Shown here one piece after another: positions 1 through 9,545 of a stretch of 64,000 nt of DNA. The position numbers and the translations under genes were made by a program. How positions within the stretch are numbered: position 1 is the first letter of the stretch; each line of letters opens with the position of its first letter. The stretch covers positions 105,408 to 169,407 of the forward strand of contig CAYOLW010000001.1 of assembly GCA_964404925.1 (NCBI GenBank), in the 5' to 3' direction. Source of the stretch: an uncultured Candidatus Saccharibacteria bacterium (GTDB lineage Bacteria; Patescibacteriota; Minisyncoccia; Phycocordibacterales; UBA9973). The notes beneath the pieces are model-generated. The model did not search any database and was not told where the DNA came from. It saw only the letters and a program-made list of their open reading frames with translations.

Positions 1-357
1 AGAGCAGAATAGATGTGTCCTTCCATGTGGTTGATACCTATTAAAGGTTTATTATATTTTTCCGCCAATTCTTTTGCTTTATTAATACCAACACCAAGAG
101 CAATAGCCAGTCCGGGTCCATAGGTTACTGCTATTGCATCGATTTCTTCTATTTTTACTTTCGCACCTTCGAGTGCTGCTTCGATAACAAAATCAATATT
201 TTCCTCGTGCATGGTGCGAGCAATACCTGGTACAACTCCACCCCATTTTTTATGAATCTCAATCTGAGAAGAAATTTTATTAGTTAAAACCCGAGTGCCG
301 TTTGTTATGGCAACAGAAGTTTCATCACAGGATGTATCAATGGCTAATATATACATG
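1..357 (-). CDS. tsaD: tRNA N6-adenosine threonylcarbamoyltransferase TsaD (Kae1/YgjD family), N-terminal part. The gene continues beyond the window start.
   Basis: The minus-strand translation begins [20 protein letters not shown]...[19 protein letters not shown]...GINHMEGH, with ATG at 355-357. These are typical TsaD N-terminal motifs. Confidence 0.8.
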
Positions 358-1458
358 TTAGTTTGAATAATCGCTTACTGTAATTATCCTCTCATTTTCG
401 TGCGGTCCGTGCTCTATTTTAACCCAAATAATAATGGCGTTTTCAGAAGCTTTGCTCAAGAAGCCTGGAACTTTGTTAGCCCATTCGATCGAGAAGACAT
501 GCCCTTCGTTTATTTTATCCAAAAGACCTAATTCTTCTAGTTCATTTTCATCTGTTAGTCTCCAGGTATCGAGATGGTATAGCTTTGGATTTTTTTCTGC
601 ACTGTATGATCCGGCTACTGTTTCTATACTATATTCTTTTTCAATTATGAAAGTGGGGGATTGCACTGCACCTTTAATGCCGAGTGCGCTAGCAATACCT
701 TTCGTCATTTCTGTTTTGCCTGCGCCGAGCTCACCCTCAAGTGCTAAAATGACTGATTTGTATCCTAAATAATGTTTATACTTACTGATCAATTTAGCAC
801 CGAAAGATTGTGTTTCTTCACCATTCTCGGTTTTGAGTTTTTCTACTTCGGTTAACTTCATGTCGCCTTGGCGTAAAACCACCTCGCCACCTAATGTTGT
901 GTCTACAACAGTAGAAGGTTCACGTTTTGGTAGTTCTCCAGCGTCAATAATTAGATCAATTAATTCTTTTTGTTTATCTGAGATGTTTTCTAGGATATCA
1001 GAAATATCGTAGGGTTTTTTCTTGTACGATGCGTTAGCTGATGTGGCGGTAATAGGGTAACCAAGAGTGGATACAATTTTGCGTACAAGCTCGTAGTCAG
1101 GTATTCGTATACCTAAGGTTCCAGTTTCAGATTCAACCCCGGATGCTACAGTGTGTAGTCCACGAGAAACTACAGTGAGCGGTCCGGGCAAGAAGTTTTC
1201 GTACAAGTTGCGGGCAGTTTCGTTAATCTCAACATACTTTTGCGCCATGTCGATAGAATCAACAGCAATAGAAAGAGGCTTGCCTTCACGTCTGGTCTTG
1301 TATGAGAGTAATTTATTCACTGCTTCTTGGTTGGTAGCCATTGCACCGATTCCATAAACAGTTTCTGTAGGGAAAATGACCAATCCGCCACTTTGTAGTG
1401 TTAGGACAGCAGCTTCTATCACAGCTTCTTCATTGTCTATTTTTAGCACTTTCGGCAT
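358..1458 (-). CDS. tsaC/tsaE: Fusion protein: an N-terminal YrdC/Sua5 (TsaC) threonylcarbamoyl-AMP synthase domain and a C-terminal TsaE (YjeE) P-loop ATPase domain.
   Basis: The N-terminal half carries the YrdC motifs ([25 protein letters not shown]). The C-terminal half carries the TsaE motifs (GELGAGKT Walker A, SPTF, HLDTWRL). It lies immediately upstream of tsaD. Confidence 0.8.
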   Translation of the reverse strand: MPKVLKIDNEEAVIEAAVLTLQSGGLVIFPTETVYGIGAMATNQEAVNKLLSYKTRREGKPLSIAVDSIDMAQKYVEINETARNLYENFLPGPLTVVSRGLHTVASGVESETGTLGIRIPDYELVRKIVSTLGYPITATSANASYKKKPYDISDILENISDKQKELIDLIIDAGELPKREPSTVVDTTLGGEVVLRQGDMKLTEVEKLKTENGEETQSFGAKLISKYKHYLGYKSVILALEGELGAGKTEMTKGIASALGIKGAVQSPTFIIEKEYSIETVAGSYSAEKNPKLYHLDTWRLTDENELEELGLLDKINEGHVFSIEWANKVPGFLSKASENAIIIWVKIEHGPHENERIITVSDYSN

Positions 1459-1534
1459 GTCTGGTTATTATACATTTTATACACAATTCGCAACTATTAT
1501 TGAAGTTAAAGCATTTTTTGTTTATTATGTGTAT

Positions 1535-2068
1535 ATGGAAGAAAGTAAACATGCTTCGTTTGTTAGAAACCTATTTGAGGAGAAGGCTGAACCACGACGG
1601 AAGATATATCACAGTATCAAGGCTAAGATAAATGCTCGCAGGACGTACATGGAAAAAGTAGCCGATGCAATGACCTCAAAATTCGGTAGTAATATATTCT
1701 TGCTAGCTAACGTGTGTCTTTTTGTTTGTTGGATTTTGATAAACACAGGGCAAATACAAAGCATCCCTGCGTTTGATCCATTTCCTTTTAGTCTACTTAC
1801 CACTATAGTTTCACTAGAAGCAATCATATTGGCTATCTTTGTTTTAATTTCTCAAAACAGAACTGCTAAAGTCGACGACCTGCGGGAAGAAATACACTTA
1901 CAACTTAACATTATTGCTGAACGGGAAATAACCAAGTTAATAAAGATGACTGCAATTTTACTTGAAAAACAGGGAGTAGATTTATCTAAAGACCCAGAAC
2001 TAAAAAAGATGATTCATCCAGTTGATGAGGCAGAAATACAAAGACAGTTAGAGAAAGAAATCTTGTAA
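1535..2068 (+). CDS. DUF1003-family small membrane protein
   Basis: It has two predicted TM helices and the motifs FDPFPF..LL...VSLEAI and SQNR that are typical of DUF1003. The start was chosen at the internal ATG at 1535 to avoid overlap with the tsaC/E gene. Confidence 0.7.
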   Translation: MEESKHASFVRNLFEEKAEPRRKIYHSIKAKINARRTYMEKVADAMTSKFGSNIFLLANVCLFVCWILINTGQIQSIPAFDPFPFSLLTTIVSLEAIILAIFVLISQNRTAKVDDLREEIHLQLNIIAEREITKLIKMTAILLEKQGVDLSKDPELKKMIHPVDEAEIQRQLEKEIL

Positions 2069-2069
2069 A

Positions 2070-3101
2070 ATGGAAATTTTAGAAAACGTAGATTTAACAC
2101 CTTACAACACTTTCGGTGTTAGAGCTCAAGCAAAATTTTTTTGTGTTCTTGAAAGCACGAGCGATATACCAAGACTTTTTACACACAAGGAGTTTATTCA
2201 GAATAAAAGGCAATTCTTGGGTGGTGGAAGCAATGTTCTGTTCGTGCAGGATTTTCCAGGTCTGGTTATTTTAAACAAGCTAACAGGTATAGAAATATTA
2301 AAGGAAGAAAGGGAGGATGTTTTTATTCGAACCTTAAGCGGTACAAATTGGCATGAGTTTGTTCTGTTTGCGGTAGATCATAATTGGTGGGGGGTCGAAA
2401 ACCTGTCATTGATACCAGGTACTGTAGGTGGTGCGCCGATGCAGAATATAGGTGCGTACGGGGTAGAAGTTAAAGAAAGTGTATATGAAGTAGAAGCTTA
2501 CAATATATCTACTGGAGAAAAGAAGATTTTTCCAAATTCAGAATGCCAGTTTGGCTATAGAGACAGTATATTTAAACAAGAATTAAAAGAAAAGTATTTT
2601 ATTTCTGCAGTGGTTTTTAAACTAAGTAAAATTCCTAGAATCAATACTTCTTATCGAATATTAGCTGATTACCTGGATAAAAATAACATTAATATAAAAA
2701 CACCCAAAGACATTAGTGACGTAGTTATTGCTATTAGAGAGAGTAAATTACCAAATCCAAAAATAATTGGTAATGCCGGAAGTTTCTTTAAAAATGTTTA
2801 TGTAGAAAAAGAAAAATTAACAGAGCTTTTAAAAACTTTTCCAGACATGCCTTTTTTTGACGAGGATCAAAAAATTAAAATTCCAACAGGCTGGTTAGTC
2901 GAACAATGTGGACCTGAAGATGGTGTGAGCTGGAAGGGGTCTCGAGTTGGTAATGTGGGTGTACACGACAAACAAGCTTTGGTTTTAGTAAACCATGGTG
3001 GTGGAACTGGTATGGAACTTTATGATCTAGCGCAGCTTATTATATCTAGTGTGTATACTAAATTTGGTTTAAATATTGCTCCAGAGGTTAATATTGTTTA
3101 G
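2070..3101 (+). CDS. murB: UDP-N-acetylenolpyruvoylglucosamine reductase (MurB)
   Basis: A 343-aa protein with an FAD-binding N-terminus (GGGSNVLF) and MurB-like N- and C-terminal regions. Confidence 0.85.
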   Translation: MEILENVDLTPYNTFGVRAQAKFFCVLESTSDIPRLFTHKEFIQNKRQFLGGGSNVLFVQDFPGLVILNKLTGIEILKEEREDVFIRTLSGTNWHEFVLFAVDHNWWGVENLSLIPGTVGGAPMQNIGAYGVEVKESVYEVEAYNISTGEKKIFPNSECQFGYRDSIFKQELKEKYFISAVVFKLSKIPRINTSYRILADYLDKNNINIKTPKDISDVVIAIRESKLPNPKIIGNAGSFFKNVYVEKEKLTELLKTFPDMPFFDEDQKIKIPTGWLVEQCGPEDGVSWKGSRVGNVGVHDKQALVLVNHGGGTGMELYDLAQLIISSVYTKFGLNIAPEVNIV

Positions 3102-3165
3102 TTTGGTTAAATAAGTTCCTCGCGGTATAATATTGTTGCATTATTAACGATAATTTATTTTTTTT

Positions 3166-3636
3166 ATGAAAAACAAGATGTGGCTTTGGATATTAATAGT
3201 AGTCGTAGTTGTGGCTGGTTTGGTCTTTGTGACCTATAGAGGCTATAACTCAAAAGAAAATAGTATGGTAGAAGGAGTAAAGATAACAATATTACAAGAA
3301 GGTAGTGGTGATGTGGCTAAATTCGGCGACCGAGTTTCCATGAACTATACGGGTAAATTAACCAACGGAACTGTGTTTGATTCAAACATAGATCCTAAGT
3401 TTAACCATCCGGTACCATTTGAGTTTACATTAGGTGGAGGCGAGGTTATAAAAGGCTGGGATAACGGTATCGATGGAATGAAGGTTGGAGAGAAAAGAAC
3501 TTTAGAGATTGAACCTGCATATGCCTACGGCGAGCGTGGTATCGGACCCATTCCTCCAAATTCAACTTTAGTTTTTGATGTTGAACTATTATCAATTAAT
3601 AAAGCTAGTGAAGGTGCACAAGATGCAGCTAACTAA
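3166..3636 (+). CDS. FKBP-type peptidyl-prolyl cis-trans isomerase with an N-terminal membrane anchor
   Basis: It has an N-terminal hydrophobic helix and an FKBP domain (FDS...F.F.LG.G.VI.GWD.G..GM..GE.R.L.IP...AYG). Confidence 0.85.
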   Translation: MKNKMWLWILIVVVVVAGLVFVTYRGYNSKENSMVEGVKITILQEGSGDVAKFGDRVSMNYTGKLTNGTVFDSNIDPKFNHPVPFEFTLGGGEVIKGWDNGIDGMKVGEKRTLEIEPAYAYGERGIGPIPPNSTLVFDVELLSINKASEGAQDAAN

Positions 3637-3645
3637 TAAAAATAT

Positions 3646-4449
3646 ATGGAAATAGAAACAAAACAAAAAAATAGAATTCTACGTTCATTTTGGATTTTAC
3701 TTATAATTTTGTGTGTATATTTTGGTGTGTTGACCGCCAAGTCTATGGATAATGGACCAAAAGATGTTCAGAACACTATTACTGTGACTGGTCACGGGGA
3801 AGTAACCGCTGTGCCTGATTTGGCTACTATTTACTTCACCGTAGAGTCTAGTAAAGACACCCAGAAAGCAGCTGGTGAAGAAGTAAACGGTAAAGTAAAA
3901 AACATTTTAGCTTTCTTGAAAGACAATGACATTGCTGACAAGGATATCAAGACTGATGCATATAATTCATATCCAAAATACTCACAACAAAGACCATGCC
4001 CTGTGTACTATGGTGCGCCTGTTGACGTAGCGCCATGTGAAGTAGGAGAATCAAAAATTATTGGATATACCGTATCTCAAAGCATAACAGTAAAAATTAG
4101 AAAGATTGATGATAGTTTGTCTACTGTTATTGATGGTATAAATAAATTTGGTGTAACCAACATGAATGGTCCTTCAATGACCATCGACAAGCAAGATGAT
4201 CTAAAAGTTGAAGCTCGCAAGAAAGCTATAGATGAGGCAAAAAAGAAAGCTAAGGTTTTAGCAAAAGACTTGGGTGTTAGGTTGGGCGATGTCACATCTT
4301 TTAGCGAAAATGGAGGTGGATACCCTATGTATTTCGCAAAAAGTGAAGTAATGATGGATAGTGCTGCAGGTTCCGCCCCAACTCCAGAACTTCCAAAGGG
4401 CGAGAACACTATTTCCTCTGATATAACTATTGTTTACGAAATCAAGTAA
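3646..4449 (+). CDS. SIMPL-domain (DUF541) secreted or periplasmic protein
   Basis: It has an N-terminal TM or signal anchor. The TVTGHGEVTAVPDLA... region and the lysine-rich coiled region resemble the SIMPL/26 kDa periplasmic immunogenic protein family. Confidence 0.65.
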   Translation: MEIETKQKNRILRSFWILLIILCVYFGVLTAKSMDNGPKDVQNTITVTGHGEVTAVPDLATIYFTVESSKDTQKAAGEEVNGKVKNILAFLKDNDIADKDIKTDAYNSYPKYSQQRPCPVYYGAPVDVAPCEVGESKIIGYTVSQSITVKIRKIDDSLSTVIDGINKFGVTNMNGPSMTIDKQDDLKVEARKKAIDEAKKKAKVLAKDLGVRLGDVTSFSENGGGYPMYFAKSEVMMDSAAGSAPTPELPKGENTISSDITIVYEIK

Positions 4450-4495
4450 TTAAGAGGGGTCTCGTTTGACTAATTCGTAAAAAAAGAGTATATTT

Positions 4496-4522
4496 AAAGA
4501 GCCCCCTAAAAGGGCTTTTTAA
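4496..4522 (+). terminator. Intrinsic terminator-like hairpin (agagcccc...gggcttttt)
   Basis: A GC stem followed by a T-run, seen directly in the sequence. Confidence 0.5.
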
Positions 4523-4540
4523 ATAACAGAAAAATTTAAA

Positions 4541-4729
4541 ATGTCTAAAATCACTGAATATTTTAAGGAAACAAAGACTGAATTAACACACGTTGTGTGG
4601 CCGACAAGGAGTTTGACCATTTTTTACACTATTGTGGTTATTATTTTGTCTGTTTTGGTGGCTTATTTCTTGGGTGCATTTGATGCATTATTCTCATTCG
4701 GACTTAAGCAAATTATTTTCTTTAGATAA
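4541..4729 (+). CDS. secE: Preprotein translocase subunit SecE
   Basis: A 62-aa protein with a single C-terminal TM helix, located directly upstream of nusG in the conserved secE-nusG-rplK order. Confidence 0.85.
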   Translation: MSKITEYFKETKTELTHVVWPTRSLTIFYTIVVIILSVLVAYFLGAFDALFSFGLKQIIFFR

Positions 4730-4742
4730 TTATTTTTTAAAT

Positions 4743-5288
4743 ATGGCAAAACAAGAAGAACAAGGTAAAAGGAATTGGTATGCAATCCACACTTATGCTG
4801 GTTATGAAAATGTGGTTTTGCGTAATCTAAAACAGCGTACTGAATCCCTGGGCATGCACGATAAGATTTTTAATGTGATTGTACCAGTTGAGAAGAAAAT
4901 CAAAATTAAAGCTGGTAAAAGAGTAGAAGTGGAAGAAAAGATATACCCTGGCTATGTGCTCGTAGACATGATTGTAACCGATGATTCTTGGTATGTAGTA
5001 CGTAATACACCTCGTGTGACAGGATTCGTTGGTGCAGGAGTTAATCCTGTTCCACTTGCTAAAGAAGAAGTTGATTATCTCTTTAAGAAAATGGAAGGCA
5101 ACCAAACTAAACACAATATTGATTTGGCTATTGATGAATCAGTGCTTATTACCGACGGACCGTTTAAAGATTTAGAAGGTAAGGTAAATACAGTTGATAA
5201 CGAACGCGGCAAGGTAAAAGTATTAGTATCAATGTTCGGTCGTGAGACACCAGTAGAACTTGATTTCTTGCAAGTTAAGAAGATATAA
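4743..5288 (+). CDS. nusG: Transcription termination/antitermination factor NusG
   Basis: It begins MAKQEEQGKRNWYAIHTYAGYENVV, has an NGN domain and a C-terminal KOW motif (GKV..V...ERGKVKVLVSMFGRETPVEL). The start is the ATG at 4743. Confidence 0.9.
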   Translation: MAKQEEQGKRNWYAIHTYAGYENVVLRNLKQRTESLGMHDKIFNVIVPVEKKIKIKAGKRVEVEEKIYPGYVLVDMIVTDDSWYVVRNTPRVTGFVGAGVNPVPLAKEEVDYLFKKMEGNQTKHNIDLAIDESVLITDGPFKDLEGKVNTVDNERGKVKVLVSMFGRETPVELDFLQVKKI

Positions 5289-5354
5289 AACCATATATTT
5301 AACTAGCTTCTAAGTTAAATTATGTATAAAGATTAAAAAAGTAATAAAAAAGAT

Positions 5355-5780
5355 ATGGCAAAGAAAGTAACAAAAAAGATTAAATTACAGATTGAAGCAG
5401 GTAAAGCAACCCCAGCTGGAAAGCTTGGTCCTGCGCTTGGTCAGGCTGGTATTAACATCGGAGACTTCGTAACTAAATTCAACGCAGCTACTTCTAAGAT
5501 GATGGGACACGTGGTATCAGTAGTTATATCAGTTTTCGAAGACCGAACATATGATTTCATAGTAAAGACTCCTCCAGCTACTGGACTAATACTGAAGGCT
5601 GCTGGCATAACCAAAGGTTCAGGTAAAAATGCAGTTTCTAAAGTTGGTAAAATTACCCGCGCTCAAGCATTGGAAATCGCAAATTTCAAAGGTGCTGACA
5701 TAAACGCAAAAGACGACGAAGGTAAGATAGCTATTATTGCTGGATCTGCTCGAAGTATGGGCATCGAAGTTAAAGACTAA
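5355..5780 (+). CDS. rplK: 50S ribosomal protein L11
   Basis: MAKKV...KLQIEAGKATPAGKLGPALGQAGINI is canonical L11. Confidence 0.95.
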   Translation: MAKKVTKKIKLQIEAGKATPAGKLGPALGQAGINIGDFVTKFNAATSKMMGHVVSVVISVFEDRTYDFIVKTPPATGLILKAAGITKGSGKNAVSKVGKITRAQALEIANFKGADINAKDDEGKIAIIAGSARSMGIEVKD

Positions 5781-5784
5781 CAAC

Positions 5785-5866
5785 AAAAACCAAAGATAGT
5801 AAAATTTTCGAGGGTATAGGGCCAATTCTAGAGACCATTCAAAAATTTTCTATCTTTGGTTTTTTA
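5785..5866 (+). terminator. Long hairpin terminator after rplK. Its loop carries a conserved motif (CAATTCTAGAGACCA) that is also found in the hairpin after rpsG.
   Basis: A 24-bp stem (aaaaaccaaagatagtaaaatttt / aaaattttctatctttggtttttt) followed by a T-run. The loop motif recurs at 12455-12495. Confidence 0.6.
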
Positions 5867-5879
5867 ATTTCTAATTTAT

Positions 5880-6416
5880 TTAGAACTCATTCTTCCACAT
5901 CATGGACTCGCGAGGGAGGTGTTCTTGATTTACGTATTTTGGATTCTTTTTCTTGCTATATAGTCGGTCTACTTTACCATCTACTTTATAGTAAATAAGC
6001 TGCCCGATAGGCATGCCGGCATAAATGCGGACTGGCTTTGAAGTTGAAAGTTCAAGTGTCCAGTAGCCACAGAATCCTACATCACCTTTACCAGCGGTGG
6101 CATGAATGTCTATACCAAGTCTGCCGGTGGAAGACTTACCTTCAACGAAAGGAACGTGTTCATGCGTTTCAGTGTATTCTAGTGTTGATCCAAGGTAGAG
6201 TTGTCCTGGTTTTAAAACAAATCCGGATTTTGGTATTTTGAAATGTTTAATTTTATTGTGCTTTTTAGCATCCAGTGTTTTGTCGGTGTATTGGGCTAGG
6301 TGAGGGGAAAGGTGTACATCGTAGGAATTGCTACCCATATTCTCCACATCAAAAGGGGTAATAACTATTGTGCCTTTTTTAATTTCGGACAAGATTTTTT
6401 TATCAGATAAAATCAT
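5880..6416 (-). CDS. dcd: dCTP deaminase
   Basis: A 178-aa dUTPase-superfamily protein (MILSDKKI...GRLGIDIHATAG...GYWTLEL) matching the dCTP deaminase architecture. Confidence 0.8.
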   Translation of the reverse strand: MILSDKKILSEIKKGTIVITPFDVENMGSNSYDVHLSPHLAQYTDKTLDAKKHNKIKHFKIPKSGFVLKPGQLYLGSTLEYTETHEHVPFVEGKSSTGRLGIDIHATAGKGDVGFCGYWTLELSTSKPVRIYAGMPIGQLIYYKVDGKVDRLYSKKKNPKYVNQEHLPRESMMWKNEF

Positions 6417-6428
6417 GGTGTTAGTTTC

Positions 6429-6914
6429 TCATATTCGCTCATATTCCGCAAACTCCATATCGTATGGATTTTCTGCGTCTTTTGCACGGAAAGTGCTTTT
6501 TATTTTTTTCCATTTGGTGATATCGATAACGGGTAAGAAGACATCAGATTCTTTGAATTCTCCGTTTACGTGTGTGATATATAATTTATCTGCATTTTCT
6601 ATCGATTCTTTATAAATCTCTGCACCACCGATTATAAACACTTCTTCTTTTTCGTCTGTTAGTCTCAATGCTTCTTTAAGGGTGTGAGATACCTCGACGT
6701 TTTCAAATTTATATTCAGGGTTTCGAGTAATTATTATATTTTTCCTATTTGGTAGCGCTTTGCCAATACTTTCAAAAGTTTTGCGACCCATGATGACGGA
6801 GTGTCCACGAGTAGTGTCACGAAAATGCTGCATATCAGAAGGCAGATGCCACAGCAGGGAATTATTACCACCTAGTTCGTTATTTTTACCAATTGCTGCA
6901 ATAAGAGAAATCAT
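6429..6914 (-). CDS. folA: Dihydrofolate reductase
   Basis: MISLIAAIGKNNELG...LPW...IMGRKTF.SIG..LP.R.NII.TR is the DHFR signature. Confidence 0.9.
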   Translation of the reverse strand: MISLIAAIGKNNELGGNNSLLWHLPSDMQHFRDTTRGHSVIMGRKTFESIGKALPNRKNIIITRNPEYKFENVEVSHTLKEALRLTDEKEEVFIIGGAEIYKESIENADKLYITHVNGEFKESDVFLPVIDITKWKKIKSTFRAKDAENPYDMEFAEYERI

Positions 6915-6916
6915 AA

Positions 6917-7927
6917 TTATACAGCTATGGGAGCCTTAATACTTTCATGCGGATTATAATCGACTAATTCAAAATCCTCGATAACAAAATCCTCTATATT
7001 CTTTTTATCCGGATTTATTTTAATTGTTGGCAATTTACGAATGTCTGACTTGCGTGATATTTGCAAACGAGCTTGCTCGAAGTGGTTGGAGTATAAATGC
7101 ACATCGCCTCCGGTCCAGACGAATTCACCTGGTGTGAGCCCGGTGATTTGAGCTATGATCATGACCAGTAGGGCATATGACGCTATGTTGAAGGGTAATC
7201 CAAGGAATGTGTCACAACTCCTTTGATATAGCTGGCAGGAGAGTTTACCATCCGCTACATAGAACTGAAAGAAGCAATGACACGGCGGAAGACCAGACTT
7301 GGCCATCTCGTCTATGTCCGCCACATTCCAAGCAGAGACTATCATCCGGCGAGAGTCAGGAGTATTTTTTATTTGTTCTATTACATTTTTTAGCTGGTCT
7401 ATGTGACCACCATTCGGTGTCGGCCAGTTTCTCCACTGATATCCATAGATGGGTCCAAGATTACCGTATTTTTTTGCAAAGTCTTCGTCTTCTTTTATTT
7501 TTTCAATAAAGACCTTAAGACCTTCTTTCCATTCCAAGCTATCACTTTTTGGTACTGGTAAATTGTTTTTTATTAAGTAAGCCTTGTAAGGCCATTCATC
7601 CCATATGTGCACATTGTTGTCTGCTAGATATTTTAAATTGGTGTCTCCACGCAGGAACCAGAGTAGTTCATGAATAATTGCCTTTATAGGCACCTTCTTG
7701 GTGGTGAGTAGGGGAAAGCCATCTGCTAAATTAAATCGTATTTGATAACCTAAAACACTCTTTGTCCCAGTGCCAGTGCGGTCTGTTTTGTCGGCACCAT
7801 TTTTTAAAATATGTTCCAGTAGTTCAATATAGGACTCATCTGCATGTTTACCCGAAAGACCATTTTGCATGTATTCATTATGCCCGACTAAGAAAGCATT
7901 TACAAATTTGACAATTTTTGTAATCAA
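6917..7927 (-). CDS. thyA: Thymidylate synthase (ThyA) with an N-terminal extension and an internal insertion of about 50 aa
   Basis: It has DRTGTGT and LPPCH..FQFYV, and the C-terminal ThyA motifs ([21 protein letters not shown]). The true start may be an internal Met. Confidence 0.85.
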   Translation of the reverse strand: MITKIVKFVNAFLVGHNEYMQNGLSGKHADESYIELLEHILKNGADKTDRTGTGTKSVLGYQIRFNLADGFPLLTTKKVPIKAIIHELLWFLRGDTNLKYLADNNVHIWDEWPYKAYLIKNNLPVPKSDSLEWKEGLKVFIEKIKEDEDFAKKYGNLGPIYGYQWRNWPTPNGGHIDQLKNVIEQIKNTPDSRRMIVSAWNVADIDEMAKSGLPPCHCFFQFYVADGKLSCQLYQRSCDTFLGLPFNIASYALLVMIIAQITGLTPGEFVWTGGDVHLYSNHFEQARLQISRKSDIRKLPTIKINPDKKNIEDFVIEDFELVDYNPHESIKAPIAV

Positions 7928-8138
7928 TGCTATTCTTTAAACATCATTCTCAATCCCTATCGAAAGGGAACAGTCCTGCATTAGGTAGGACAACTTATTT
8001 ATAAAGAGACTGACATTCCCACTACGCTTACAGCTACGCGGGATAAGTGTGGAGATCATTTATGACTTTTGTGTTCGCCCGGCCAAAGCCCTTGGCGACG
8101 GCGGGTCGTGGTGATGATATCCAGACACAAAAAATTAT

Positions 8139-9503
8139 ATGATGAAAACACGCAGTCATGCGGGACAGAAATCTTCTGGTCCACGCAAATCTTCTCATGC
8201 TATTGGCGGGGGAAGCTACAGGTTTGGGGGCACTGGTTCAAAACCAGCACCATCAAGACCAGCTTATAAAGGAGGAGGCTCCGCTCATGCGGCTTCTTTT
8301 TCTAGTAGACCAAAACCAAGTTTTAATGTATCTACTCGTCCATTTCGTGGTAAAGGTGGAGCAGGTTTTGGAGGTGGTCGCGGCCGGGGTAAAGCTCGTG
8401 GTGAGCGTATCGACTTTTCTCGCTTTATTCAAAAGGCAGTTTATGTAGAAGAAAAGCCTTACGTTTCAAAGCATACTTTTGCAGACTTTCCCTTTGATGC
8501 TCATTTGAAGAAAAATATTGAAAAGAAGGGTTATGTAAGCCCACGTCCAATTCAAGATCAATCGATTCCTTCTGTTTTAGAGGGTAAGGACGTTTTCGGT
8601 ATGGCAAACACAGGTACAGGTAAAACCGCAGCATTCTTACTGCCGCTTGTAGACAAAGTGATGAAGAATAAAAGCGAGAAAGTTCTCGTACTTGCACCGA
8701 CACGCGAACTGGCTATTCAAATAGAAGAAGAACTACGTTCACTTGCAACTGGTACTGGATTCTACGGAGTATGTGTGGTGGGAGGCATGCCTATTAATAA
8801 ACAGATTAATGAAATAAAACGTGGAGTGTCTTTTGTCATTGGTACTCCAGGACGAGTAACAGACTTGATCAAAAGGAAGATTCTAGATTTATCTAATTAT
8901 AGATCTGTTGTATTAGACGAAGCAGACCGAATGCTTGATATGGGATTCCGTGAAGACATGGTTTCTATATTAGGTAAAATGCATGCAGATAGGCAGACAC
9001 TTTTCTTCTCGGCGACTCTCTCACCTGAGATTAAGAAATTAACAAATGATTTCTTGAAAGACCCAGTATTCATATCCGTTATCAAGGGTGAAACTGCAAA
9101 AAATATTGATCAAGATGTAGTCCGAGTAAAAACCGAACAAAAATTCGACAAGCTTTGCGAAGTCCTAAAGGAAGAAGGCACAGACAAAATTCTAATTTTC
9201 CGGGAAATGAAACACGCTGTAGATACCTTAACCAAAGACTTGCACAAGGCTGGTTTTAAGGTTGGATGTATTCATGGTGATAAACGAAGCCGCGAGAGAT
9301 TGCGAACACTCGACCTATTCAAGAAAGATCAGATCAATATTCTAATCGCTACTGATGTGGCCGCTCGCGGACTTGATATCCCAGACGTGACTCACGTTAT
9401 CAATTACGATGTGCCGCAGACTTACGACACCTATGTGCACCGCATCGGCCGAACCGGACGTGCCGGCAAAAAGGGAACTGCACTAACTTTCGTCCCTGCG
9501 TAA
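8139..9503 (+). CDS. DEAD-box ATP-dependent RNA helicase with a Gly/Arg-rich (RGG-like) N-terminal extension
   Basis: It has the Q-motif, GTGKT (motif I), VLDEADRMLDMGF (motif II), SAT and HRIGRTGRAG (motif VI). The N-terminal ~95 aa are rich in G, R, S and K. Confidence 0.9.
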   Translation: MMKTRSHAGQKSSGPRKSSHAIGGGSYRFGGTGSKPAPSRPAYKGGGSAHAASFSSRPKPSFNVSTRPFRGKGGAGFGGGRGRGKARGERIDFSRFIQKAVYVEEKPYVSKHTFADFPFDAHLKKNIEKKGYVSPRPIQDQSIPSVLEGKDVFGMANTGTGKTAAFLLPLVDKVMKNKSEKVLVLAPTRELAIQIEEELRSLATGTGFYGVCVVGGMPINKQINEIKRGVSFVIGTPGRVTDLIKRKILDLSNYRSVVLDEADRMLDMGFREDMVSILGKMHADRQTLFFSATLSPEIKKLTNDFLKDPVFISVIKGETAKNIDQDVVRVKTEQKFDKLCEVLKEEGTDKILIFREMKHAVDTLTKDLHKAGFKVGCIHGDKRSRERLRTLDLFKKDQINILIATDVAARGLDIPDVTHVINYDVPQTYDTYVHRIGRTGRAGKKGTALTFVPA

Positions 9504-9545
9504 AATTTCATATAATACCAGTATTACCAATTCACATTTTTATAT

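Noticed and set aside
434-772. Many short ORFs in the six-frame track lie antisense to, or out of frame within, well-supported genes. Examples are 434..772, 1151..1357, 1398..1631, 4077..4409, 7207..7509, 8158..8448, 13577..13978, 21809..22213, 23652..24446 (several), 26329..26688, 28554..29400 (several), 36895..38011 (several), 56116..56844 and 58173..59334.
   Set aside because: They overlap long ORFs that have strong family signatures on the other strand or frame. Their translations are low-complexity with no recognisable motifs. They are typical shadow ORFs in AT-rich DNA.
1376-1534. Extended N-termini given by the ORF track for DUF1003 (1376), NusG (4632), the M50 protease (10586), S12 (11478), L4 (23884), Adk (33864), the Nudix fusion (51014) and ComF (63612).
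   Set aside because: The extensions overlap upstream genes or terminators and have no protein-like features. Internal ATGs give products that start at the conserved N-terminal motifs.
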